This document shows, one piece after another, positions 32,295-42,500 of a stretch of 64,000 nucleotides of DNA. Within the stretch, counting starts at the first letter, position 1; the number at the start of each line of letters is the position of its first letter. The notes below the pieces were generated by a model. The model did not search any database. It worked only from the letters and a program-made list of their open reading frames with translations, and was not told where the DNA came from. Source of the stretch: a virus. Both the position numbers and the translations under genes were made by a program. The stretch lies in the IMG/VR virus record IMGVR_UViG_3300005913_000002, one strand, 5' to 3'.

Positions 32295-32679
32295 AAGTGT
32301 TGAACTAGCAAATGGAATTATTGCTGATCAAGCATACCACGTAGTTAGCGATGTAATTACATTCAAAATTCCATCAGACAAACCTGATCCCGGCGGTGTC
32401 AGGCCGGACAGTGCGCCTGACCATGTGTGGAAAAAAGGATACTACGGACGAGTGTGTGTTAAAGTGTATTATAACAAAACGGCAAGAGATGCAGGTAAAT
32501 CTGCTATTTTAAATATAGGAGTGTATCCTACTGATATACCCGCAGATTTACAAGCAGAAACAAAAACTGAATCTAACTTAATTTGCACGTTAGATATAAA
32601 TTCATCTGCTAGTATTATTGAGCAAGCGTATTCTTACTTAAAAACTCTTGATTATTATGCAGATACAGTAGAGGAATAA
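32281..32679 (+). CDS. Hypothetical protein, possible tail-fibre assembly factor
   Basis: Overlaps the fibre stop codon; C-terminal QAYSYLKTL..Y.D motif typical of small genes after phage fibres. Confidence 0.5.
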   Translation: MALIKSVELANGIIADQAYHVVSDVITFKIPSDKPDPGGVRPDSAPDHVWKKGYYGRVCVKVYYNKTARDAGKSAILNIGVYPTDIPADLQAETKTESNLICTLDINSSASIIEQAYSYLKTLDYYADTVEE

Positions 32680-32680
32680 T

Positions 32681-33085
32681 ATGTCAGTAACTTATACTTG
32701 GCGAATCACCGGACTTAGAACTAAAACTGAAGGCAGTAATACTGACGCAGTTGTCCAAACTCACTGGGAAAAAATAGGAACAGATGAACACGGTCATACT
32801 GCTTCTTTTATAGGGGCAACGCCCTTTACATCAGTTAATGTGCCAGAAGGAGAATTTTTACCTTTTTCTCAATTAACTGAGGAAGTTGTATTAAGTTGGA
32901 TTCAAACAACGATAGATTCTAATCCATCATATAAAGCACACATAGATGAAAGAATTCAAAAGAAACTTGATTACTATCATGTAAGCGAACCTAACTTACC
33001 ATGGAATAACGAACCTTCAGTTGCGCCGATTCCGGAAACTAGAGATATTAACGATCCAAACGAATTACCCGGATCTGAACGATAA
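32681..33085 (+). CDS. Small fibre-associated protein, paralogue 1
   Basis: M..TY.W...VV...W...G.D...F.PF..LT.E.V..W pattern shared with 33357 and 34313. Confidence 0.6.
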   Translation: MSVTYTWRITGLRTKTEGSNTDAVVQTHWEKIGTDEHGHTASFIGATPFTSVNVPEGEFLPFSQLTEEVVLSWIQTTIDSNPSYKAHIDERIQKKLDYYHVSEPNLPWNNEPSVAPIPETRDINDPNELPGSER

Positions 33086-33140
33086 TTTTATTGTTCATTA
33101 TCTACATACATAAATAATTTTATCTTAACGGAGATATAAA

Positions 33141-33326
33141 ATGAACCCAGATCAAAAAATTGAATTGTCTTTAGACATTAACGCACTTAACACTGTTATG
33201 GCAGGCTTAGGTAAATTACCATACGAGCAATGTTTTGCAGTAGTTGACGAAATTAGACAACAAGTAGGACCTCAAATCCAGCAGCAAGGCGGCAGCGGAG
33301 CAATGGGACCCGGCTCAGAACACTAA
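33141..33326 (+). CDS. Small helical hypothetical protein
   Basis: 61-aa ORF with GGAG RBS and upstream CATAAATA (33109-33116). Confidence 0.65.
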   Translation: MNPDQKIELSLDINALNTVMAGLGKLPYEQCFAVVDEIRQQVGPQIQQQGGSGAMGPGSEH

Positions 33327-33356
33327 ATACAGTATTAATTTTATCGGAGATAAAAA

Positions 33357-33740
33357 ATGGCTGTAACTTATGACTGGGGCGTAGAAACTATAGAGATGTA
33401 CGAAGAGTACAATGGTTTAGAAAATGTAGTATATCGAGTAGTATGGAAGTGTACTGCGACTGGAGATAACGGCGTAGTAAAAGATCAAATCGGAGTAGTT
33501 GATTTAAACTTACCTACAACATCAACTGGATATGTTTCAATTGCTGAATTACCGAGAACACAGATTGTAGATTGGGTTAAATCTAAAGTTGCAGTTTCTG
33601 TAGTTGAGAGAAGTTTAGTTCCTCAAAGCAAGACTGTAAGTTTTATGGACACTACATCAACTACAGTTACTGTTGCAGAGCAAATTGCTGCTAACCAAGC
33701 GCAACAAGCGTCTGATACGCCAACTCCAGATCCAGTCTAA
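33357..33740 (+). CDS. Small fibre-associated protein, paralogue 2
   Basis: MAVTYDW...NVVYRVVW; GGAG RBS; TAAATA at 33324. Confidence 0.6.
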   Translation: MAVTYDWGVETIEMYEEYNGLENVVYRVVWKCTATGDNGVVKDQIGVVDLNLPTTSTGYVSIAELPRTQIVDWVKSKVAVSVVERSLVPQSKTVSFMDTTSTTVTVAEQIAANQAQQASDTPTPDPV

Positions 33741-33743
33741 TAA

Positions 33744-34304
33744 ATGCAAGGCGAATGGGCTTATCTTAAAAGTCATTTTTCGGTAGAACAATGCAATACT
33801 ATAATTAGCAAAGCATTACAACTGCCAGAAATGCAAGGTAAGATGGGTCCAGACAACAGCAAAGTTACTGATTGGCGTCGAAGTACAATACGTGGTATAA
33901 TGAGAACTCCCGAATGGGAGTTTCTCTATAAAGAAATAGATGAATTAACTGCAAAAGTTAATGCAGATTGGTTTCAATTAGATTACACCCATCTTCCTGC
34001 AATACAATTTGCATCGTATGATGAAAAAGAACAAGGATGTTATAAAAGACATTGTGATACTTTTTTAGCACCTTTACCTACACACAGAAAAATAAGTTTT
34101 ACTGTTCAACTATCAGATGAAAATAGTTATGAAGGCGGAGATCTTTGTTTTTATGATGTATGTGCATTACCTAATCAAGAAAATATGCGAGTTAGAGGCA
34201 CCGTTTGTTTCTTTCCTAGCATTGTGTTTCATGAAGTTAAGCCAGTAACAACCGGCATTCGACATAGCCTTGCTGGATGGTACGAAGGTCCTCATTGGAG
34301 GTAA
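33744..34304 (+). CDS. 2OG-Fe(II) oxygenase (prolyl-4-hydroxylase/PKHD-like)
   Basis: HCD...RKISFTVQL...YEGGDL...FPS..FHEVKPV..G.R.SL..W gives the HxD...H...R motif. Confidence 0.9.
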   Translation: MQGEWAYLKSHFSVEQCNTIISKALQLPEMQGKMGPDNSKVTDWRRSTIRGIMRTPEWEFLYKEIDELTAKVNADWFQLDYTHLPAIQFASYDEKEQGCYKRHCDTFLAPLPTHRKISFTVQLSDENSYEGGDLCFYDVCALPNQENMRVRGTVCFFPSIVFHEVKPVTTGIRHSLAGWYEGPHWR

Positions 34305-34312
34305 ATACTACT

Positions 34313-34636
34313 ATGATTACTTACGAATGGGATTTTCCGAGATTTCAAACTAGACCTTCACAGGACGGTTTAAGTGATGTTGTCTACAATATTGAATATG
34401 TACTTACTGGTCATGATGGCGAAGGCCATGGGCATCAGTTATTTGGTAATGTTGATGTAGGTAGTCCAGAAGCCGACTCATTTAAACCATTTAGATTACT
34501 AACACAACAAGTGGTAGAAACTTGGGTAATAGATGCGTTAGGCGAAGAATTGCTAAACGATTTAAAAGAAGTGATCACTAATCAAATTGATTCTCAACGA
34601 TTGCCTGCAACTTCCACTTTAAATAGACCTTGGTAA
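34313..34636 (+). CDS. Small fibre-associated protein, paralogue 3
   Basis: MITYEW...DVVYNIEY.LTG.D...FKPF..LT...V..W. Start moved from 34277 to the ATG at 34313, which follows TAAATA. Confidence 0.6.
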   Translation: MITYEWDFPRFQTRPSQDGLSDVVYNIEYVLTGHDGEGHGHQLFGNVDVGSPEADSFKPFRLLTQQVVETWVIDALGEELLNDLKEVITNQIDSQRLPATSTLNRPW

Positions 34637-35065
34637 TTAACCAATAATATCAAACAATAATTCTATTTTAGTTTTATTAGTCTTGTTTGTAAGACTGCGT
34701 TTTACACCTTGATGTAAAGGTTTAGGCCAATGAGTTAAGTCACACCATGCATACCCTACATGTTCATTGTTAAGTGTAGGAATAAATTCTCGATCAATGA
34801 TTAAAATATAAGTGTGATAATAAAAGTGTTGATCTTCACTTGTAAACAATTCTAACGGAATTGTTTTTCTAATGGTGGGAGTTTTTCCCACTTCTTCTGA
34901 TATTTCTCTTTCAAGTGCAGCATACGGCGTAGTATCAGATTCTTCTTTTTTTCCTCCGACAATACCCCAAGTTCCTGCAGTTTTACCTTGATTTCTCAAT
35001 AAGAATAAAAATCTTTTTGTGTCTTTAGCAAGAAAAAGTCCACCACTTGCAATAATATCGGTCAT
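34637..35065 (-). CDS. NUDIX hydrolase
   Basis: Nudix box GGKKEESDTTPYAALEREISEEVG. The ATG at 35065 overlaps the upstream TGA (ATGA). Confidence 0.85.
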   Translation of the reverse strand: MTDIIASGGLFLAKDTKRFLFLLRNQGKTAGTWGIVGGKKEESDTTPYAALEREISEEVGKTPTIRKTIPLELFTSEDQHFYYHTYILIIDREFIPTLNNEHVGYAWCDLTHWPKPLHQGVKRSLTNKTNKTKIELLFDIIG

Positions 35066-36492
35066 AAAACTAATCGCCATTCTCCAGGATAATACATACC
35101 ATCTACACTCTTAGACCACTGCTCACCGTCCCATTTGTATTGTATTCCTGTATATGAATTAGTTATGTATATAACTTCTGTTGCAGCGGTTGAATTGAAA
35201 ATCACATTCCATTGTACACCGTCCCACTGAATTATGTCATTAGCAGTTGCACTGAGTCTACTTTCGTTGGCATTTTGCCAAGCAGTCGGACCGTCATCTG
35301 ATGTAGAATCGATATCTTCTAATATCAGATAACGTGTGTCAATTGTAGGATCACCTGGATTATAAGTTAATGGATTAATGACAGCATTAATCGTACCTCT
35401 ACTGTAAGACTGCGTTAAATCGTATATGTCAGTATTTAATAAAGTTTCATTGTCAAATTGAATACTTAACAAATCCATTTCAGTTTCACCTAACGGATTA
35501 GTACTCAAGTATCCTACAACTACTCCTCCTTCAGGTTTCGTTAGTTCCAATCTACTTAGCCCTGATCTAAACTTACCAGGGTAAACATCTAATAATGTTT
35601 GCCAGTTTATTTCAGTACCGCCTCTTACTGGTATGATTTCTAAATCATTTCTAATTAAATTTTCACCAGGAGCCATTAACTTTGCATTATTGTTGTTCAA
35701 TAGTAAAGAAAAATTTCCAGGAGTAACTACTACTGATCCAACGGGTTGACTAAATGCCAATTGACCATTTTCTGCAAGACTTCCTGGTTCTTCTGAAAAT
35801 ATATTAGCAATAATTTTTGTAATAATTCCTAATTTTTTAACTTTAGCAGGAGTTGTCAACCATATGGGTGTTTCAAAAGTCAACTGACAAATGTCAATAT
35901 CATTGTCTGTACCTTGAGGAACTTGTCTGCTGGTCCAATTAGTACTCATTAATTCCACATAACTTAAACTTGTCCAATCTATAAAATTACTTGTAGTTTG
36001 AAGTTCTAGTGCAGGCCTAAACAATACCAGCAATTGTTCTAAAATTTGCAATTTTTGTTCAGTGTTAGTTGACCATATGTCTGCAGTAAACGTAAGTTTA
36101 TAAGGCATTGGCATCAGTCGTTCTACAGTGTAATTTTCACCTTGCACATTAGCGTAATCTTCTATAGTTTGACCGTAAGTAGGACTTTCTGGATTTTCAT
36201 CTACATAGCCATATTGTCTTTCTCGAATATTCATTTTGCCAACATACGTAGGATCTTGTAGCATTGCACGATTAAAATCAAGTCCTTTAATGTAGCAAGC
36301 GATAAACGGTGCAGAAGCCAAAACGTTTTCACTGTTCTTCTTTAAAGTGCTAGCAACTTGCCTAGTCATGTCACCGTAACGAACTGGAATCTGTACAAGG
36401 TTACCTCTGCTATCTTTGTAACTAAAGTTACTAAGCAATCGTATAAATTGTGTTAAGTAGCGGCGTATTTGCCCGTCATAAAAATGTTCCAT
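35062..36492 (-). CDS. Tail sheath stabiliser/terminator (T4 gp15-like) with C-terminal extension
   Basis: HFYD.QIRRY...F.N; IPVRYG; PMPY.L.F...IW......LQILEQ....F.P motifs of gp15. Confidence 0.75.
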   Translation of the reverse strand: MEHFYDGQIRRYLTQFIRLLSNFSYKDSRGNLVQIPVRYGDMTRQVASTLKKNSENVLASAPFIACYIKGLDFNRAMLQDPTYVGKMNIRERQYGYVDENPESPTYGQTIEDYANVQGENYTVERLMPMPYKLTFTADIWSTNTEQKLQILEQLLVLFRPALELQTTSNFIDWTSLSYVELMSTNWTSRQVPQGTDNDIDICQLTFETPIWLTTPAKVKKLGIITKIIANIFSEEPGSLAENGQLAFSQPVGSVVVTPGNFSLLLNNNNAKLMAPGENLIRNDLEIIPVRGGTEINWQTLLDVYPGKFRSGLSRLELTKPEGGVVVGYLSTNPLGETEMDLLSIQFDNETLLNTDIYDLTQSYSRGTINAVINPLTYNPGDPTIDTRYLILEDIDSTSDDGPTAWQNANESRLSATANDIIQWDGVQWNVIFNSTAATEVIYITNSYTGIQYKWDGEQWSKSVDGMYYPGEWRLVL

Positions 36493-37697
36493 TAATTATC
36501 CGCCTGTGGTCTTTGTTTCTTTAACGCCTTACTTAGGCTTTGTCTTTCTTCAACAACTGAACCTGCAATAGTTGCAGTATTACTATTGTTTATAAAACTG
36601 CCTACTTGAGTTTGCTTTGTATCAGCAGCAGGAGCAAGTGCTCCGTCTGCAGGCTCGTTAGTCATATTCATTCTCACATTACTTTCTACATACACCCAAC
36701 TTTGACCGCTAAATCTAAATAATCTATTAGGCAAATAATCAGTTCTTAGATGAAATGCACCTCTTGCAGGACCATACGGAAATTCAATGCCAAAAGTATA
36801 AGGTGCTCCGTTTGGAGGCTTTCCGTCTCCTTGCAAATAACTGATATAAACATCTTTATCAGGATTTACAAATACTGAACTAGCATCTATTTCGTGTGTA
36901 TCTTGGCTTGCATCCGCATCTAAACTTGTAACATCAGCAACATCTAAAGTTTGTCCGTCATCTTTTAACGGAAGAATGTAATATTGATCAGTGTCATAAC
37001 CACTTAATCCTGCATCTTCTTCTGCTTGTGCAATGATTTGATTGTTAATTTCTATATTCTTACGATACTGAGACATGACATCTCGCAAAGTATTTTCTCC
37101 GTCACCTGCATCTTGATCCAATATTTGTTTAAATTCTTGACTATCAACTAAAGGTTCACATTTAGCACGTAATAAATGCGGGTACCATGTTTGACTATAT
37201 CCGCTAGCAGGTCTTGTAACATCAGTTACTACATAAAATCTTTTCAATGCAACCATGTCATCACTTAATGCATACTCGTCTTTTAAGTGAGGTAATTCTA
37301 ATACATCGCCTGACATTAATTTACGACCCATTAACTCTACACATCCACGTAGATGGAAAGTGATCATAATGTTGTCATTACTTAAGAAGAATCCAAATTG
37401 ACTTAGGTTAAAATCTATGTCTTGCATGGTATAAATTCCACGGAAAACATACACATCTTTTTCGTATTTTCTATCCCTGTTTTCCATAAACAACACATCT
37501 TGTATTCCTAATTCAGGAATAGGATTGCCATTTACAGGGGTTGTAGGAGTTGATTCACCGTCTAGCGGATCTTCAGTTCCTATATATTTGTGTACAACAA
37601 TGTCAGTTCCGCCTACTTGAAATTGCTCGTTAATAACACGATCAAGCATACGAAAGTCATTGCCTTTTTCTGGGCGGTAAAGAGATAGTCTTGGCAT
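36492..37697 (-). CDS. Neck/head-closure protein (T4 gp14-like)
   Basis: E.....G.D...; D.LF.E; LSQFGF; GD.LELP motifs; lies between gp13-like and gp15-like genes. Confidence 0.6.
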   Translation of the reverse strand: MPRLSLYRPEKGNDFRMLDRVINEQFQVGGTDIVVHKYIGTEDPLDGESTPTTPVNGNPIPELGIQDVLFMENRDRKYEKDVYVFRGIYTMQDIDFNLSQFGFFLSNDNIMITFHLRGCVELMGRKLMSGDVLELPHLKDEYALSDDMVALKRFYVVTDVTRPASGYSQTWYPHLLRAKCEPLVDSQEFKQILDQDAGDGENTLRDVMSQYRKNIEINNQIIAQAEEDAGLSGYDTDQYYILPLKDDGQTLDVADVTSLDADASQDTHEIDASSVFVNPDKDVYISYLQGDGKPPNGAPYTFGIEFPYGPARGAFHLRTDYLPNRLFRFSGQSWVYVESNVRMNMTNEPADGALAPAADTKQTQVGSFINNSNTATIAGSVVEERQSLSKALKKQRPQADN

Positions 37698-37704
37698 AGT
37701 CTTG

Positions 37705-37720
37705 TATTTATAGGTAAATA
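37705..37720. promoter_or_regulatory. Back-to-back divergent late promoters
   Basis: TATTTATA (37705-37712, TATAAATA on -) and TAAATA (37715-37720, +) in a 28-bp gap. Confidence 0.8.
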
Positions 37721-37725
37721 ACTAC

Positions 37726-38484
37726 ATGAGCGAACTAGAAACTGAAAAACAAAGTGTCGTAGATTATATCCGTACTATGCTAGGTGACGGTATGATTGAT
37801 GTTGAACTCGATCCTGTACATTACAATACAGCAATAGATCGATCCCTGCGTTATTATAGAGCACGAAGTCAAAACTCTGTTGAAGAAAGTTTTGGATTTT
37901 TAACTTTGCAAACAGACGTTAACGACTACACTCTTTCAGACGAAGTGATGCAAGTTCGGCAAGTTTTTAGACGCAGTATTGGATCTAGAACAGGAGGAGG
38001 CGATGGCGGAAGTTTGTTCGAACCGTTTAATCTTGCCTACAGTAATACTTATTTGTTGTCAAGCAGCAATATGGGCGGTTTAGCAACTTACTATGCTTTT
38101 GCCAGTTATCAAAAGCAAGTTGGTAAAATGTTTGGCTCCCATATTAACTTTGAATGGAATCCTACTACAAAGCATTTACATATTAGCCAGCGTCCACGTG
38201 GAGAAGAAGTAGTGTTGTTATGGATGTACAATTACAAACCGGATTTTTCTCTATTTAAAGACACATGGTCAGGTATATGGATACGTGATTATGCATTAGC
38301 AAACTGCAAAATTATGCTAGGCGAAGCACGTGAAAAGTTTAGTCAAATTGCTAGTCCTCAAGGAGGAACTAGTCTAAACGGTTCTGCACTTAAATCAGAA
38401 GGCAAAGCAGAACTAGAACGGCTAGAAATGGACTTAATCAACAACAAAGATAACCAACAACCATTGACATTTGTCATAGGATAA
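37726..38484 (+). CDS. Neck/head-tail adaptor protein (T4 gp13-like)
   Basis: YI...LG...IDVEL; WIRDYALA..K...G....KF....P.GG..LNG..L..E...E. Confidence 0.85.
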   Translation: MSELETEKQSVVDYIRTMLGDGMIDVELDPVHYNTAIDRSLRYYRARSQNSVEESFGFLTLQTDVNDYTLSDEVMQVRQVFRRSIGSRTGGGDGGSLFEPFNLAYSNTYLLSSSNMGGLATYYAFASYQKQVGKMFGSHINFEWNPTTKHLHISQRPRGEEVVLLWMYNYKPDFSLFKDTWSGIWIRDYALANCKIMLGEAREKFSQIASPQGGTSLNGSALKSEGKAELERLEMDLINNKDNQQPLTFVIG

Positions 38485-38492
38485 TATAAATT
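38464..38492 (+). promoter_or_regulatory. Putative sigma70 promoter for the dNMP kinase gene
   Basis: TTGACA-17 nt-TAAATT. Confidence 0.45.
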
Positions 38493-38513
38493 ATAGTATT
38501 ACGAGGTAATACT

Positions 38514-39167
38514 ATGATCATTGGAGTGTGTGGGTTTATTGGTTCTGGTAAAGATACTGTAGCAGATTATCTTACTAATATACATGAATTTCGAAGAGAA
38601 TCGTTTGCAAATTCTCTCAAAGATGCAGTAGCATCAGTATTTGGATGGGACCGAACTATGCTAGAAGGCCGCACTAAACATGCTCGTCAGTGGCGAGAAC
38701 AAGTAGACCCGTGGTGGGCAGAACGACTAGCAATGCCTCATCTAACACCACGCTGGATCTTACAATACTGGGGTACAGAAGTTTGTCGTAAAAGTTTCCA
38801 CGATGATATATGGATCGCCAGCCTCGAAAATAAACTACGTAATAGCAAAGATGATATTGTTATTAGTGATTGCCGTTTTCCGAACGAAATTAAAAGTATT
38901 CGAAATTCAGGTGGTATTGTAGTTCGTGTAAAGCGTGGAGATGATCCCGAATGGTATCGAGATGCAGCAGATATGAATGCCGGAGATCAATGCATGAATT
39001 GGGCATTAGCAACTAGTCGAATAAAAAAGTTAAGTATTCATGCTAGCGAAACTGCATGGGTAGGAACTAAGTTTGATGCCGTATTGGATAATAACGGAAC
39101 AATTGACGATTTGTATGAACAAGTTAAAAATCTGGTGTTAGATCCCCCCGGCGCCACGTCTGCTTGA
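38514..39167 (+). CDS. Deoxynucleoside monophosphate kinase (T4 gp1-like)
   Basis: GFIGSGKDT P-loop, FA..LKD, LQ.WGTE..R, ISDCRFPNE. Confidence 0.9.
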   Translation: MIIGVCGFIGSGKDTVADYLTNIHEFRRESFANSLKDAVASVFGWDRTMLEGRTKHARQWREQVDPWWAERLAMPHLTPRWILQYWGTEVCRKSFHDDIWIASLENKLRNSKDDIVISDCRFPNEIKSIRNSGGIVVRVKRGDDPEWYRDAADMNAGDQCMNWALATSRIKKLSIHASETAWVGTKFDAVLDNNGTIDDLYEQVKNLVLDPPGATSA

Positions 39168-39456
39168 GTTTATGCAATAGTCTCTGACAGTTAGCACAAA
39201 CTGTTTTTAGATTTTCGTATTTGCAATTGTTAATATCTCCGTCTACATAATGTACATCAAACTGGCAGTCATCGCCTTTGAAGCCGCATCTATCACAAGC
39301 GGCTTTCTTTTTATAACCTGATTTCCTCCAAGCAGGTTTAGATTTTTCAAAACCTTTAGCACAATGATCACATATTGATCTATAATATGTACGGTCATCT
39401 TTCTTATAATTGACAGCAACAGGTCTACTATGACATTTTTTACATAAATCTCTCAT
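39124..39456 (-). CDS. Zn-finger/HNH endonuclease-like protein
   Basis: Four CxxC pairs; H..DGD..N....NL..VC..C HNH-type core; GGAG RBS; TAAATA on - at 39487-39492. Confidence 0.65.
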   Translation of the reverse strand: MRDLCKKCHSRPVAVNYKKDDRTYYRSICDHCAKGFEKSKPAWRKSGYKKKAACDRCGFKGDDCQFDVHYVDGDINNCKYENLKTVCANCQRLLHKLKQTWRRGDLTPDF

Positions 39457-39486
39457 ACTCCACCCTTTTAGATCCCTTTTGACTAG

Positions 39487-39524
39487 TATTTAACCCGGTG
39501 TTTTTTAAACATTGGCACTAAATA
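39487..39524. promoter_or_regulatory. Divergent late promoters (HNH gene / tail sheath)
   Basis: TATTTA at 39487-39492 (-) and TAAATA at 39519-39524 (+). Confidence 0.65.
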
Positions 39525-39561
39525 TATAGAGCAAAAACACTATTATGTGGGAGACAAAAAA

Positions 39562-42500
39562 ATGGCTTTAAATTCACCAGGCGTAGAAGTATCAGTAATT
39601 GACGAAAGTTTTTACTTACCAGCGGCTCCGTCCACTGTACCTATGATCTTTGTTGCATCGGCAGCAAACAAACAAAATGCAAGCGGCACAGGCTTAGCGG
39701 TCGGAACTGATCCTGCTAATGCCGGTAAAGTATATTTAATTACTAGCCAACGAGATTTATCCGATACGTTCGGTACACCGTTGTTCTATACAGACAGCAG
39801 TGGTAATCCTGTTCACGGCGGGGAACTAAACGAATATGGTCTACAAGCAGCCTATTCTGTATTAGGCGTAAGCAGTCGTGCATACGTTACTCGTGCTGAC
39901 TTAGACTTATCACAATTAACACCGCAAGCAAGCGCACCTACAGGGTCTCCAGTAGATGGAACATACTGGGTAGATACTTCGAACACTAGATTTGGTGTGT
40001 TCGAGTGGAATGGAACTAGTGCAGCATTTACTAACAAAATGCCTCTAGTTATTGACAACGATAACGCTGCTACTGCAACAGTAAGCGGAGCAGGAGTTAC
40101 TCCTAAAGCAAGTTTTGGTTCTAACGGACAATATGCTATTGTTGTAACAAGTGATAACACAAATACTTTATGGTACAAAAATTCTAGCGGAAATTGGGTT
40201 GCAGTAGGTACTGACTTTGAAACAAATTTTAACAATACAGATACATTTGCAAGTTCTAGTTGGAAAACCAGTTTTCCAACGACAACTGGTACAGTATCGA
40301 GCCCGGACTTAACAGGTTACAACGGTAACACTTTGCTTATTAATGGCGAAGTTGTTACATTAAGCGGTACTACTATTAGTGCATTAGCATCCAGCATTAA
40401 CGCAACAATGCGTACAAAAGGTGTTGGAGCACGTATCAATGCAGGTGGCTTTATTGAATTATATTCTGATGCAAGAGCAAGAAGCAACGGTACTGTATTA
40501 GATGGAAAAATTACTATTGCAGAAGGTACTGGATTAGTTGATATGATAACTGATGCGGGCTTAGCAGAAGGAACATTTAACAGTCCCACACTATTCCAAG
40601 GTCCCCATACTAAGTATCCTGATTTTAGCAATTTCCCTACAGGATCTGTATATGTAAAAACTACAACACCTAATACTGGTGCAGATTGGTATGTTAAAAC
40701 ATACGATAACGGTAGTTCTGCATTTACTTTAATGAGTGCTCCTATATACACTGATCCCCAAACTGCTATTAATAACATTAATGCAACTGGTGATATTACA
40801 GTAGGTTCTGTATTTGTACAACAAAACTACCAAGGTGGCGTTGGAACAGCATCTACTTCAACTGTAACTCCTCAATTAGCATCATATAAAATATGGCGTA
40901 GAAATGCAACAGGTGCTACTAAAATATCTTCTGTCGCTACAACTGACACAGTTACAACAGCATCAAGTTTTGTAATTGCAGAAGGCTTAGCAACTTCTAC
41001 AAATGGTGTTGCAGATTACAGTTCTGCCTACACAGTTAGTTTAACAGCAGGCGACAGTGTTGATGATGTTATTAGTGCAATTAATGCATTAAATATGACA
41101 TATGTTACTGCATCTGCTGCAAGTTATGATTCAAGCGGTAACGCAACTAGCCTAACAATTCAACATAGTTTAGGCGGACAGATGATCTTAACTAACGGAC
41201 TTGGTTCCCCATTAACAGCATTCTTAGGAATGAGCGCATGGGCAAGAAGCGAAGCAGGCGTAGAAAGCGGTACACGTAATTTATATGCTAAACCAGTTTA
41301 TTCATCATCAGCATACTCTTTCTTTGCAAGTAACTGGAAGCCTTTAGTTTACGAATCTAAAGCAAGCACTCCATTTACTGATCCGGTTGACGGACAGTTA
41401 TGGTATAGCAGTGTTGTTGATGAAGTAGATGTTATGGCCCACAACGGCAGCACATGGGTAGGCTACCTAAATGCATATCCTTTAACAGATCCAGCAGGTC
41501 CTCAGGTTGCAGCACTTGCTCCAACTACTCAAAGTAATGGCGATCCTTTAGTTGACAACGATATTTGGATTAGCACATCAGAAATTGATATGTACGGTCT
41601 AGACGTATATGTTCGTTCAGGCGGCAAGTGGGTATTACAAGATACGGCAGATCAAACAACTCCAGATGGATGGTTGTTTGCAGATGCACGTTGGAGCACA
41701 GCAGGAGCTACCGCAGATGCAGGCGACATTGTTGAAATGTTAAGTAGCGATTATCTGGATCCTGATGCACCTGATCCATCACTATATCCAACAGGTATGA
41801 AGTTATGGAACTTACGTCGCAGCGGATTTAACGTTAAAAAGTTTGTTGCTAATCACATTAACATTAATGCAACTGACGGTAAGAATTCACGTTACAATGA
41901 CGAACAGATGGACGGTGGTAGTTCTACTACTCCTTATGTTGCAGATCGTTGGATTACTGTAAGTCCTAACCGGGAAGACGGAGCAGGAAGTTTTGGCCGT
42001 CACGCACAGCGTGGTTTTGTTGTATCAGGTCTAAAAGTCCTAATTGACACAAGCCAAAGCATCCGTGATACAGATACAGTTGTGTTTAACTTGATTGCAG
42101 CACCTGGCTATCCAGAAGCAATTCAAAACATGATTGCATTTAACGTTGACCGTGGTCAGACAGCGTTTATTATTGGCGATACACCATTCCGCTTAGAACC
42201 AAACGGTACATCATTAAGTAATTGGGGTAATAACACTGCATTGGCATTTGACAACAACGAAGATGGCGCAGTAAGTTACGACGAATACATGGCTATGTTC
42301 TATCCAAGTGGTTATGCAAACGACAACTTAGGCAACTACATTGTTGTTCCTCCAAGCCACATGATGTTACGTACTATTGCTATTAGCGATCAGAAGAGTT
42401 TCCAATGGTTTGCACCAGCAGGTACACGACGTGGCGGAATTGATAATGCAACAGCAGTAGGCTATATTGACGGAACAACAGGCGAGTTTAAGACAACTTC

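Noticed and set aside
25656-34636. Diversity-generating retroelement or invertase shufflon acting on the fibre
   Set aside because: No reverse transcriptase, no TR/VR pair differing at adenines, no invertase and no inverted cassettes seen in the window.
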